DNA from: Thermoanaerobaculia bacterium
GTDB lineage: Bacteria; Acidobacteriota; Thermoanaerobaculia; Multivoradales; Multivoraceae
Assembly: GCA_963666565.1 (NCBI GenBank)
Contig: OY762911.1
Location: 960,001 to 1,024,000 of the forward strand
Direction of reading: 5' to 3'
Length of the DNA stretch: 64,000 bases
The notes below the pieces were generated by a model, which did no database searches, was not told the origin of the DNA, and was given only the letters and a program-made list of their open reading frames with translations. The position numbers and the translations under genes were made by a program. Shown piece by piece: positions 9,416 to 18,672 of the stretch. The first letter of the stretch is position 1. Each line of letters opens with the position of its first letter.

Positions 9416-10028
9416 TCGGCCCGCCGTGGCCGTCGACATCTTCGCGGAAGACAGGGCGCAGGAGGTGTTCGTCGATGCACTCCTCGGGAGGATCGCCCGT
9501 GAGGAGAACGTGGCGTTGAGCGTCCAGACCAGATCGGCCAAGGGCGGCGGTCCGCGAGCCTTGAGCGAGTTTCGCGCGTATCAGGTCCTCCTCGAGAAGG
9601 GCGTCGTCCGGGGCGCCGTGCCGGACCTGGTGGTCGTCGTCATCGACGGCAACTGCGCCACGCCGACAAGAAAGAGAGACGAAATCAGGGAGGCGACCCG
9701 ACCAGGCTTGATCAATCGTGTGGTGGCGGGGTGCCCCAATCCTCACGTCGAGCGGTGGTTCCTTGGCGATCCCGACAGCTTCCACGAGGTCGTCGGTCAT
9801 CGACCCGTCGTCGGCCCGGAGAAGTGCGAGCGCCAGCACTACAAGCGCCTCCTGAGGGAAGCGATTCGCCGGGGTCAAGGCGTGGCCCCTCTCGAAGGAG
9901 TCGAGTTCGCCCTGGAGTTGGTGGAGGCCATGGATCTCTACCGTGCGGGCAAGCTCGACTCTTCGTTGAGAGCCTTCGTTGAAGAACTGCGCGCGAAGTT
10001 CCGGCAGGTCGGAGCAAGCCGCTCTTGA
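9408..10028 (+). CDS. DUF4276/Toprim-like partner of the ATPase
   Basis: Overlaps the ATPase end; FAED, VVIDGN and VERWFLGD acidic motifs. Confidence 0.7.
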   Translation: MSDRPAVAVDIFAEDRAQEVFVDALLGRIAREENVALSVQTRSAKGGGPRALSEFRAYQVLLEKGVVRGAVPDLVVVVIDGNCATPTRKRDEIREATRPGLINRVVAGCPNPHVERWFLGDPDSFHEVVGHRPVVGPEKCERQHYKRLLREAIRRGQGVAPLEGVEFALELVEAMDLYRAGKLDSSLRAFVEELRAKFRQVGASRS

Positions 10029-10113
10029 CCCGGCGGCCTACCCAGCGGGGTCCTCGGAGGGATCTGGGTGGGCACGCTGTTACCCAAAGGGCGTCCGGCG
10101 TAGTCGGTGACCC

Positions 10114-10515
10114 TCAGACGAGCCTGTTCAAATCGACATCGAGACCGGCCTCTCGTAGCTCCTTCGCTAGCCTCAACTTCCAGGCCTGATCATCGTCCAG
10201 GCGGACAAAGACCACGCCGTCATAGTCCGACGGGCGCTCGGCGCCCGTGTCGACTAGAGCGCACACGCGTTTCCTGCCGAGTCTGCCTACGAAGAACCCG
10301 AGCTCAAAGATCACGTTCTGTCTCGCTCTTGGCTGCAGATCGGCCGCGTCCTTCGCGCGACCTTCGTCATCTGGCGTGAGGACAGCTACAGCGAACCCGA
10401 CATGTGAGTGTTCCTCGAACTTCTCGATGATGGTCCGGCCTTTGCTGGGTCGCTCTTGGAGCACTATTGGATTCAGGTCAAGGCGCTCAAGCAGTCTCGC
10501 CACCTCGGTCTTCAT
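10114..10515 (-). CDS. TIR-like nucleotide-binding domain (Cap12/PycTIR-type), N-terminally truncated
   Basis: TIIEKFE...FAVAVLTPDD...RARQNVIFELGFF...PSDYDGV; the usual VFIVHGHD strand is missing. Confidence 0.75.
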   Translation of the reverse strand: MKTEVARLLERLDLNPIVLQERPSKGRTIIEKFEEHSHVGFAVAVLTPDDEGRAKDAADLQPRARQNVIFELGFFVGRLGRKRVCALVDTGAERPSDYDGVVFVRLDDDQAWKLRLAKELREAGLDVDLNRLV

Positions 10516-10559
10516 CGCGCTGTGGCTCAGCCGACTGCAGGCCGCCCAGGAAAGACTCG

Positions 10560-11525
10560 CTACGGTCCGCCGCCGTGGCCGGGGCGAACATCGGCGAGTA
10601 GCCGATCCTCTGGAACTGCTCGACACAGCGCGTCCCCGGAGTACCCCGAGGGCGCCAGACCGCTCCTGTTGTGGTTGTGCATCCATTCCTTTCCGTTGGC
10701 CATGTTGTGGACGCGGATCTGCAACTTGCGGGCCGTCGTGACGCCCGCGATCGCGCCCCAGGTACACCCACCCACGAGCTTGACGACCGCCTTCGGGTCG
10801 CTTCGGCGTCCGAACACCGCTACGTTGCTCGACAGCTTCTCGGCAGGCAACTGCTGAACCTCCCGCCAGAGCGGTAGCCCGCAGCCGCACTTCGGTCCCC
10901 GGGGCGTAGAAACCGTCCTCCGAGAACGGCGAGGGGACGATCTCCCCGTCCCCGTTCAGCGGATCGTGGGTCTCGAGCCGGTAGTCCGTATCCACCGTGA
11001 GTTCCAGGACGGTGTCCCCGGTGCGCGAAACGTCGACAGTGTGAACTTCGCCCCCGCCGTCGCTCCAAGCGCGAAAACGATCCCTGTAGCCCTTGTCATG
11101 GCCCAGGAAGTCATCCCCAAAGGCCACCCTGACGCGCTCCGGCAACGAATCGGCGTCCAGGTTGATCGGCGTGCGGTAGCGATTGCCGTCGATCTCGACG
11201 TCCGTGGGGTCAGCGTTGGACTCGACCCTCAGGATCGATCCACGGGTGAAGACGGCCGTGTACGCGAGCCTCGGCGGTCCTGGCAACGAACCGCACAACC
11301 GTCGGGTCGGTCCAGACCGCCATCGCCCTCAACGCCGCTTCTCTCGCGGCAGGGGACATCTCGTCGTCAAGAACGTAAGGGATCACGCCGCCGACCCAGC
11401 TCGGAGGGACCCCTCTTCCCCACGGCGCGCCGCCGCCGGCGTTCGATGCGAGGAAGAGCAGGAGCGCCGCCAGAATGACGAACGGCCCCGCGAGATGCCG
11501 GGGCGGCGATCTCCCGGACGGTCAT
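10560..11525 (-). pseudogene. Collapsed secreted astacin-like/repeat-domain surface protein remnant
   Basis: Fragments in different frames: signal peptide (FVILAALLLFLASNAG), WVGGVIPYVLDD...AMAVWTDPTVVRFVART, RFRAWSDGG...DGFYAPGTEVRLRA, AVVKLVGGC...; no HExxH. Confidence 0.55.
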
Positions 11526-11558
11526 GCCCCGGACGAGACCGGCGACGACCTGGGCCTG

Positions 11559-11608
11559 AGCCGCCTGAACCCTAAACACGAACCGTCCACGAAAACGGGG
11601 CAACTCCA
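11559..11608 (+). mobile_element. Orphan IS3-family-like right end
   Basis: GCCGCCTGA...CCGTCCACGAAAACGGGGCAACTCCA resembles IS3-family terminal IRs ending in CA; recognised from memory; no transposase nearby. Confidence 0.45.
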
Positions 11609-11850
11609 GTCGCCGTAGTTCCGGGCGAGCGGCCCGAGGAGCAACCGGAGCCGCGGCCTGGTGAGGAACTCGACGGGAACCGAGCGGACGACAAGCCCTG
11701 CGCCGTATGGCGAGCGTTCGACGCGAGTCACTCAACCCGGCCGCGTGGCGCCCGTCCGCCGCAGACAGGCCGCTTCCTCCGCAGCTTCCAGCGTTTCGAA
11801 GAAGATCTGACCGGCTGGTTCGGAGACTGGATCTTGGCGCGGCCTTCGCT

Positions 11851-14007
11851 TCACTCCTCCGATCCTACCCCTGGCGCCGTCAACCCCGTCTGCGTCAACA
11901 GGAACGTCGCCTCCGCGGCGACGAACTCGATCCGCTCGGACATCGGCAGACCCCGGCTGGCCGCGTGGCCCGCGTACGGGTGGTAGCGCATGATCACCGG
12001 CAGTCCCGATGACGTCGCCGCCTGCAACCGGGCGGCGACCTTGCGGGCCTGCAGCGGCGGCACGCGGGTGTCCAGGTCGCCTTGGGTGAGCATGACGGCG
12101 GGATAGGCGACGCCGTCGCGGATCGCCTGGTAGGGCGAGAAGCCGCGGAGCGACTCGAACTGGTCGGGGATCTCGCCGTCGCCGTACTCGAGCAGGGCGG
12201 GCATGTTGTTCGTCTCGGTGAAGGTGTAGAAGCGGATCAGGTCGAGTTCGGGGAAGCCGCAGAGGACGGCGCGGTAGAGGTCGGGGCGCTGGGTCAGCGA
12301 GGCGCCCACGAGCAGTCCGCCGTTGCTGGCGCCGTGGATCGCCAGGCGGTCCGGGTCGCTGTAGCCCTCGGCGATCAGCCATTCGCCGGCGGAGATGAAG
12401 TCGTCGAAGACGGTCTGCTTGTTGTGGAGCATCCCGGCCCGGTGCCACTCCTCGCCGTACTCGCTGCCGCCGCGCAGCGTGGCGACGGCGTAGACGCCGC
12501 CGGCTTCGAGCCACAGGGCCGCCAGCGGGTTGAACCGCGGCGTCAGGGAGACGTTGAAGCCGCCGTAGCCGTTGAGCAGGGCGGGTGTCGAGCCGTCGGG
12601 CTCGAAGTCCGCCCGGTGAGCGACGTACATGGGCGCGGACGTGCCGTCCTTCGAGGTGTAGCGCACTTGCTTCAGCACGTAGTCGTCGCCGGAGAAGGGC
12701 GCCCGGGCTTCCTGGAAGACCTCGCGCGTGCCCGCCTTCAGGTCGAGCAGCCAGGTGACGGGCGGCTGCAGGTAGGAGACGAGCGACAGCAGTGCCTTGC
12801 CCTCGCCGGCGCCGCGGATGCTGGCGTTGTGGTGCTCTGGCACCTCGACCTCGCCGGCCGGCGTGCCGTCGAGTTGGAAGACCCGGATTCGGCTCGCCAC
12901 GTGGTGCAGGTAGGTCAGGTAGAGCTTGCCGTCGAGGACCGAGACGCCCTGGAGGACGTCGTCGGCTTCCGGCACGACTTCGCGCCAGTGCGCGACCTCG
13001 GGCAGGTCGAGGTCGACTTCCATCAGCCGGTTGAGCGGCGCGTCCAGGTTGGTGCGCACGAACAAACGGCCGTCGCTGTGGTGGGTGTTGAAGCGAGCCT
13101 CCATGCCGGCGACGATGGGCGTCGCCTCCCAGGTTCCGATCTCCACCAGGTACAGGTCGCTTCGCGCCCAGCCGTGCTGGACGCCGACCAGCAGCTTCTC
13201 CTCGTCGAGCAGCTCGGCGCGGACGAAGCTGCGCGGCCCGATCCCCTCGCCGAAGACCAGCGTGTCGTCGGCACGCGCCGTGCCGAATCTGTGGAACCTG
13301 ACCCGCGAACCTTCGATGCGGTCGCGCACCGTGTAGTAGATGCCGCTGCCGTCCTTGGCGAAGAACGCCTGGTCGTTCAGCGCCCGCGGCAGCTCGAAGT
13401 CGAGGTCGACGTTCCGTTCGAGGTCCCGCAGGCGGACCGTCGTCTCGTCCTCGCCGCCGATGCGGACGTTGTAGAGCAGGAGCTTCCCGTCGGGCGAAAC
13501 GGAGACGATCCCGAGGTGCGCGTAGTCGCTGCCGGCCTCCGCCGGGTCGATCACGACCTCGTACTCGCCCGCCGGATCGATGGGTGCGGGCCCGGCCCCG
13601 GGCGCATCGTCCGGGGCTTCGCGCCGCACGATCGAGGCCAGCTCCTCGCCCGTGCGCCGCAGCGTGAAGAGTTCGTACTCGCCGGCCTTGTTCGGCGAAC
13701 CGACGGCCGGCGTGTCCAGCAGTTCCCGCAGCCGCCGCCTGGCCCAGTCGCGCTCCGGCGGCTCGCCCACGATCAGTTCGGCGTACTCGTTCTGCCGGTC
13801 GATGAAGGCGCGCGTCTCCGGGCTGTCCTGGTCCTCCAGCCAGCGGTAGGGATCCTCGAACTCGACTCCGTGGAGCGTCTCGATGAAGGCGATCCGCTCC
13901 GTCTCCGGCGGTGGTGGATAGTCCCCGCCGCATGCGGCGAGGCCGAGGAGCAGACCGGCGAACATCGGGAACCGGGGCTTCGGCAGATTCAAGGAGCCTG
14001 GCATCAT
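11851..14007 (-). CDS. Prolyl oligopeptidase (S9A), lipoprotein
   Basis: [34 protein letters not shown]; LAAC lipobox. Confidence 0.95.
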   Translation of the reverse strand: MMPGSLNLPKPRFPMFAGLLLGLAACGGDYPPPPETERIAFIETLHGVEFEDPYRWLEDQDSPETRAFIDRQNEYAELIVGEPPERDWARRRLRELLDTPAVGSPNKAGEYELFTLRRTGEELASIVRREAPDDAPGAGPAPIDPAGEYEVVIDPAEAGSDYAHLGIVSVSPDGKLLLYNVRIGGEDETTVRLRDLERNVDLDFELPRALNDQAFFAKDGSGIYYTVRDRIEGSRVRFHRFGTARADDTLVFGEGIGPRSFVRAELLDEEKLLVGVQHGWARSDLYLVEIGTWEATPIVAGMEARFNTHHSDGRLFVRTNLDAPLNRLMEVDLDLPEVAHWREVVPEADDVLQGVSVLDGKLYLTYLHHVASRIRVFQLDGTPAGEVEVPEHHNASIRGAGEGKALLSLVSYLQPPVTWLLDLKAGTREVFQEARAPFSGDDYVLKQVRYTSKDGTSAPMYVAHRADFEPDGSTPALLNGYGGFNVSLTPRFNPLAALWLEAGGVYAVATLRGGSEYGEEWHRAGMLHNKQTVFDDFISAGEWLIAEGYSDPDRLAIHGASNGGLLVGASLTQRPDLYRAVLCGFPELDLIRFYTFTETNNMPALLEYGDGEIPDQFESLRGFSPYQAIRDGVAYPAVMLTQGDLDTRVPPLQARKVAARLQAATSSGLPVIMRYHPYAGHAASRGLPMSERIEFVAAEATFLLTQTGLTAPGVGSEE

Positions 14008-14160
14008 GACGGTGCGACCTCGATGGTGGCGGGATAGGGGCGACGCACGCCTCAACCCTAGCGCCAGCAGACTGACGGAGGCGCCCCTTGCATCGCTGGT
14101 GCGCGGCTTTACGCCCTTGCACATGCTGCCCTTCCAGTTACGGACCGTGAAGACGTTCCG

Positions 14161-14166
14161 TAGAAT
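14161..14166 (+). promoter_or_regulatory. Putative -10 box (TAGAAT) for hicBA
   Basis: Near-consensus hexamer upstream of hicB. Confidence 0.4.
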
Positions 14167-14246
14167 GCGGCTCATGTGGGCGACGGACGGCCCACAGGTG
14201 GTCTCGTCTTGCTGTGGGACCGTCTACGTCGAGGAAGGAAGGGACG

Positions 14247-14588
14247 ATGGGTGTCGACGCTGTCTGGACCCTGAAACTGGCGGTCAGGACCCACGAGGAG
14301 AACGGCGTTTGGGTTGCGGACTGCCCCGCGCTCGACATCGCCAGCCAAGGGAACGACCCGGAAGACGCGGTCAAGATGCTCAGAGAGGCGGTCGAGCTGG
14401 TGATGGAGCGCTGCCTGGAGAAGAACACGTGGATCGCCTTCCTCGAAGAACGGGGAGTGACGCCGACCCGCCACTCGATGACCTCTTTCACGCAGCCGAA
14501 GTTCGACGACGAGGCGGACTACGTCGAGTTCCCGATCTGGATCATCAGCGATGCCGGGGCGTCGACGACTGCATCCGGTCGCTCCTGA
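14247..14588 (+). CDS. hicB: HicB-family antitoxin
   Basis: EENGVWVADCPALDIASQG.DPEDAVKMLREAVEL. Confidence 0.85.
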   Translation: MGVDAVWTLKLAVRTHEENGVWVADCPALDIASQGNDPEDAVKMLREAVELVMERCLEKNTWIAFLEERGVTPTRHSMTSFTQPKFDDEADYVEFPIWIISDAGASTTASGRS

Positions 14589-14784
14589 CCGAGCGATCAG
14601 AGCGTTCGAGAGGGCCGGCGGCACGCTGGTTCGGCAGAAAGGCGGACACGCAATCATCGATGCCGATGGTTGGCCTCGGCCCGTCGTGATCCCGATGCAC
14701 CGTCGGGACGTTTCGCCTGGGACGCTTCGCGGCAACATCAGGACCGCGGGCCTCTCCGTGGAGGAGTTCCTCGACCTCCTCTAG
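14551..14784 (+). CDS. hicA: HicA-family mRNA interferase toxin
   Basis: RQKGGH...VVIPMH..DVSPGTLRGNIRTAGLSVEEF. Confidence 0.88.
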   Translation: MPGRRRLHPVAPDRAIRAFERAGGTLVRQKGGHAIIDADGWPRPVVIPMHRRDVSPGTLRGNIRTAGLSVEEFLDLL

Positions 14785-14811
14785 CGAAGCGTCGCGTTGA
14801 CCAACCGCGGC

Positions 14812-15210
14812 ATGTCTGGCACAGTGACCGAGGTGAGCAAACCGCTCAAGCGTGTCGTCGCGGTGGTCGTCCTGCTGGGATGCCAGACGCCGGGTACGTT
14901 CGCGCTCGCGGCCGGGTTGGACTTGGCGGCTCACTTCCTTCCGTTCGGGCACGAGCACGACCTCGCTGACCTGACGAGGTCGGCGACGCATGGGCATCAC
15001 CACGACGGCGAGGCGGTGCCCGACCATGACCACCTCGCCATGGTGGATGGCGAGACGGACCTGACGCGGCCCGGCCCGTCGGCGGTCGCGGTGCTGGCGG
15101 CGCCCTCTTCGGCGTCGGTGACGCTCGCCGAGGGAACGCCCTTTGAGGCGGCGTCCAGACGCGGACCGCCGCCGCTTCTGTTCCAGACTCACTGCGCGCT
15201 GTTGCTCTGA
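14812..15210 (+). CDS. His-rich small protein upstream of the metal efflux operon
   Basis: HEHD, HGHHHD..PDHDH, C-terminal RGPP..HCALLL; start uncertain. Confidence 0.7.
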   Translation: MSGTVTEVSKPLKRVVAVVVLLGCQTPGTFALAAGLDLAAHFLPFGHEHDLADLTRSATHGHHHDGEAVPDHDHLAMVDGETDLTRPGPSAVAVLAAPSSASVTLAEGTPFEAASRRGPPPLLFQTHCALLL

Positions 15211-15270
15211 TCCGCGGCCCCGGCCGGGTGCGATTCGTACCCGGAACCTGGACGCGGAAAGGAGTCAGCC

Positions 15271-16656
15271 ATGCATCGCTTCATCCCGATCGGCCTTCTG
15301 GCCGGTCTTCTCGGCGCCGCCGGGGCGGCCCAGGACGGGCCGGCCGCCACCGGGGCCGAGTTCCTCTCGATCCTCGACGAGTTGCGCACCGCCGTTCGCG
15401 ACAGCTCTGCCGCCGGGGCGGCCCAGGACGGGCCGGTCGTCACCGAGGCGGAGTTCCTCTCGGTCCTCGACGCGGCGCACCCGGCCGTGCGGGAGAGATC
15501 TACTGCCGGCGCGGCTCAGGACGGGCCCGTCGTCACCGAGGCCGAGTTCCTTTCGGTGCTCGACGAGGCGCATCCCGCCGTTCGCGAGAGGGCCGCGGCT
15601 GTGACGCGGGCCGAAGCCGGCCTGCTGGCGTCGCGGACGTTGAACAATCCGGTCGTCGAGGCGGTCCGCGAGGACCCGAACGGGCCGCTCGGGCAGACGG
15701 ACTTGCTCGTCTCCTGGCAGATTCCGGGTGCCGCGCGCCGTCCCGAGATCGAGGCCCGCGAAGGCGAGATCGGGGCCGCCCGTCGCCGGCTGGCGCACGA
15801 CCTGCTGGGCCATCGCCTGGCGATGAGGGAGGCCTATGCGGGTTGGGCGGTGGCCGACGCGCGGCGGCAACGACTGACGCTGCAGGCTGAGCGGGTCGGA
15901 TCGCTTGCGCAACGTGAGGCCGTTCGCGCGGCGAGGGGGGAGGCGTCCGGACTCGAAGCCCGCCGGCTGGGCTTGGCCGCGGCCACGCTCCGATCCCGCG
16001 TCGCTCTGGCCGCCGGGGCGAGCGAACGGGCGAAGGCAAAGGCGGCGGCCTGGCATCCTCGTTTACCGCCCGACGCGCGGCCGGTTCTGCCCGAACTGCC
16101 GGACGCGCCGTCGCTGGAGGGGACCGATGCTCGGGTGCGCGCCGCCGAAGCGGATCTGGCCGCCGCCGAACTGACCGAACTCGCGACTCGGCCGATCGTC
16201 GCGTCGCCCGAGGTCACGCTGGGCTGGCAGGAGCAGGACGTCGGGCTCGGCTCGGTGGATGGACCGATCGTCGGCCTCGCGTGGTCGGTGCCGCTGTTCG
16301 ATCGGCGGCAGGCGGCTCGGCAGCGAGCGGACGCGGGGCTGGCGGCCGCGCGGGCAAGGCTGGAACTGGCGAAACGCGAGTCCACGGCCGCGCGGATGGC
16401 TGCGCGGGGGAACTTCGCGCGGCTTGCGTCCGCCTTGGCCGAAGCCCGGCAGGAACTTGGCGCCACGGGACGGATGCTGGACGGCGCCGAGGCGGCGTTT
16501 CGGCAGGGGGAGGCGGGCTTGACGGATCTGCTCGAGACGCTTCGCTCGGTGACGGAGGTTGAGTTGGCGGTGCTCGATCTGCATGAGGCGGCGCTGTCGG
16601 CGCACCGCGAGCTGGAACGGCTGGCGGCTGCTGGGGGAGGAGGGCCGGGGTCATGA
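15271..16656 (+). CDS. TolC/CzcC-like outer membrane efflux protein with a triplicated N-terminal segment
   Basis: Signal peptide, SVPLFDRRQ, FRQGE.GLTDLLE; operon context. Confidence 0.85.
   Translation: MHRFIPIGLLAGLLGAAGAAQDGPAATGAEFLSILDELRTAVRDSSAAGAAQDGPVVTEAEFLSVLDAAHPAVRERSTAGAAQDGPVVTEAEFLSVLDEAHPAVRERAAAVTRAEAGLLASRTLNNPVVEAVREDPNGPLGQTDLLVSWQIPGAARRPEIEAREGEIGAARRRLAHDLLGHRLAMREAYAGWAVADARRQRLTLQAERVGSLAQREAVRAARGEASGLEARRLGLAAATLRSRVALAAGASERAKAKAAAWHPRLPPDARPVLPELPDAPSLEGTDARVRAAEADLAAAELTELATRPIVASPEVTLGWQEQDVGLGSVDGPIVGLAWSVPLFDRRQAARQRADAGLAAARARLELAKRESTAARMAARGNFARLASALAEARQELGATGRMLDGAEAAFRQGEAGLTDLLETLRSVTEVELAVLDLHEAALSAHRELERLAAAGGGGPGS
15316..15594 (+). repeat. Three tandem 93-bp in-frame repeats
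   Basis: Units start at 15316, 15409 and 15502; AAGAAQDGP..TEAEFLS.LD..HPAVRE. Confidence 0.9.
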
Positions 16657-18569
16657 GGTGGGGTGGTTCCGTAGAAGGTTGGCGGATCCTGGCGGTCGCC
16701 GCTTCGCGGCGCGGTGTTTCCCGGAAGCGGACCGGAAGGTCCGCGCACCCAGAGCACGCGCTTGCCCGGTGGGGGAGTCTCTACCGCAAGCCCATTGCTC
16801 GCAGTGACGCCATGACGTTTGCAGAACGGAAGTGGGTCTCGCCGGAGTGGTTCTCTGGGTGCGCGGACCTTCTGGTCCGCTGCCGCCGAAGGCGGCCAGA
16901 AGCACGCGCCGGCCGAAGGCCGGCACCGCTTCGACGCGGCGGTTCCCTGCAAGGCCGGCGCACCCCATGTCTGGCGACTCTCGTGGGCGGGGCCGCAGTC
17001 AAGCCGCTGAACCTGGCGCTGGCGGCGTTGCTTCTCGCGGCGTGCGTCGGCTCGCCGGCGGCCGAGCGGCACGACCAAGACGACGATCACTCGGATGGAA
17101 GCTGGTCGGTCACGGCCATCGGCGAACGGTTCGAGGTCTTCCCCGAGATCGACGCTCTGGCGGAAGGCCGTGCGGCGACGGCCCACGTTCACGTGACCCG
17201 GCTCGCGGACTTCGCGCCCCTGGCGGAAGGGACGGTGGAGATCGTCCTGGTCGATGGCGAAGGCGAACAGGTCTTCCGCGCCGACGGCCCGACCGAACCC
17301 GGCCACTTTCTCATCGAACTGACTCCGCGGCGTGCCGGCGAGGCGGACCTGCTTTTCCGGATCGCCGACGGCGGCGTGGCCGGCAGCGAGGAGATCCCCG
17401 GCGGCCGGGTCGGCGTCGGCACGGCCGACCGCGGGGAAGGCCTCGTGCGGGCGCCATCGCTCCCCGCCGGGTCCGACGGCGGCGAGCCCGTCTCGTTCGG
17501 GAAGGAGCAGCAGTGGCAGGGCGGCTTCGCGACCGTCTGGGTGCGGGAAGGCCGCCTGGCCCGGAGCGTCGCCGGCGTCGCCTCCTTCCGCCCGCCGGCG
17601 GGCGGCGAGAGCGCGATCACCGCGCAGGTCGACGGCGTCGTCCAGCCGCCCGCGGGCGCCCGTTCCTGGCCGTTCGTCGGGCGGCGCGTGGAACGGAACG
17701 CCGCCCTGTTCCGGGTCGTCCCGCTGGTCGCGGCCGAGCGCAGCCTGGCGACCCTCGAAGGAGAACTCGAAGCCCTGACCACGGAACTGGAGAGCGCCCA
17801 CTCGCGCAGCTCGCGTCTCGGCGAGCTCCTGGCCCTCGAAGCGGTCAGCGAGCGTGAGGTCGAGGAGGCTGGCGTCCGCGCCCGGATGCTCGAAGCGCGC
17901 CACCGGGCGGCGGAACGGGACCTCGAGTCGGCCCGCGCCTCGCGCGAAGGCGGGGCCGACAGCGCGGGCATCTCGCTGCGCGCCCCGTTCTCGGGCCGGG
18001 TCGCGGCCGTTACCACGACGCCCGGCGCCACCGTCGCCGCCGGCGACTCTCTCGCCCGGCTGGTGCGGACCGACGTCGTCTGGATCGAGGTCGCGCTGCC
18101 GCCGCAGGACGCGCGGCGGCTGATGGACGCGGGCCTGCGCGGCCTCGTTCTCGACGACCCGGAGAGCGGCCCGGTGCGCGTCGAAGGCGACCTCTCCCTC
18201 GTCTCCGTCTCGCCCGAACTCTCGCCGCGCACCGGCACGGTCACGGTGCTGCTGGAGGCGCCCGGCATCGCCGGCACGGGCTTCGCGCTCGGCTCCACCG
18301 TCGCGGCGCAGGTGCTGATGGCCGGCGAGGACGCGGGCATCGTGGTGCCCGCCTCGGCCGTGGTCGACGACGGCGGCGTGCCGGTCGTGTTCCTGCAACT
18401 CGCCGGCGAGGACTTCCAGCGGCAGACGGTGACCGTGCTCGGCCGGCAGGGAGACCGGGTGCTCGTTGGCGGGCTCGCGCCGGGCCAGCGCCTGGTGACC
18501 CGCGGCGGCGACGCCATCCGTCGTTCGTCCCTCATGGCGAGCGGCGACGCCCACGGCCATGTCCACTGA
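16653..18569 (+). CDS. RND membrane fusion protein (CusB/CzcB-like) lipoprotein; the first ~110 codons contain REP copies
   Basis: LLLAAC lipobox, LRAPFSGRV, VVPASAV, C-terminal HGHVH; alternative start GTG 16983. Confidence 0.85.
   Translation: MRWGGSVEGWRILAVAASRRGVSRKRTGRSAHPEHALARWGSLYRKPIARSDAMTFAERKWVSPEWFSGCADLLVRCRRRRPEARAGRRPAPLRRGGSLQGRRTPCLATLVGGAAVKPLNLALAALLLAACVGSPAAERHDQDDDHSDGSWSVTAIGERFEVFPEIDALAEGRAATAHVHVTRLADFAPLAEGTVEIVLVDGEGEQVFRADGPTEPGHFLIELTPRRAGEADLLFRIADGGVAGSEEIPGGRVGVGTADRGEGLVRAPSLPAGSDGGEPVSFGKEQQWQGGFATVWVREGRLARSVAGVASFRPPAGGESAITAQVDGVVQPPAGARSWPFVGRRVERNAALFRVVPLVAAERSLATLEGELEALTTELESAHSRSSRLGELLALEAVSEREVEEAGVRARMLEARHRAAERDLESARASREGGADSAGISLRAPFSGRVAAVTTTPGATVAAGDSLARLVRTDVVWIEVALPPQDARRLMDAGLRGLVLDDPESGPVRVEGDLSLVSVSPELSPRTGTVTVLLEAPGIAGTGFALGSTVAAQVLMAGEDAGIVVPASAVVDDGGVPVVFLQLAGEDFQRQTVTVLGRQGDRVLVGGLAPGQRLVTRGGDAIRRSSLMASGDAHGHVH
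16696..16924. repeat. Two REP-like cores of subtype C
   Basis: GCGGACC-TTCY-GGTCCGC stems at 16727-16750 (-) and 16857-16880 (+). Confidence 0.88.
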
Positions 18570-18672
18570 GGTTCGAGCGGTGGGACCCCTGGAGCGACTG
18601 TCGGCCCTCGTCGGCACGCCCCGGCGCGGCGACGTGTCCTGAGGTTCGACCATGGGACCCCTGGAGAGACTG
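18560..18672 (+). repeat. Imperfect direct duplication of the MFP-stop/RND-start junction
   Basis: TGAGGTTCGA..TGGGACCCCTGGAG.GACTG occurs twice. Confidence 0.85.

Noticed and set aside
10114-11298. 394-aa surface-domain/TIR fusion as a real protein, or a CBASS/Pycsar/Thoeris system
   Set aside because: The middle is an out-of-frame fragment, the TIR is truncated, and no cyclase or ThsA partner is present.
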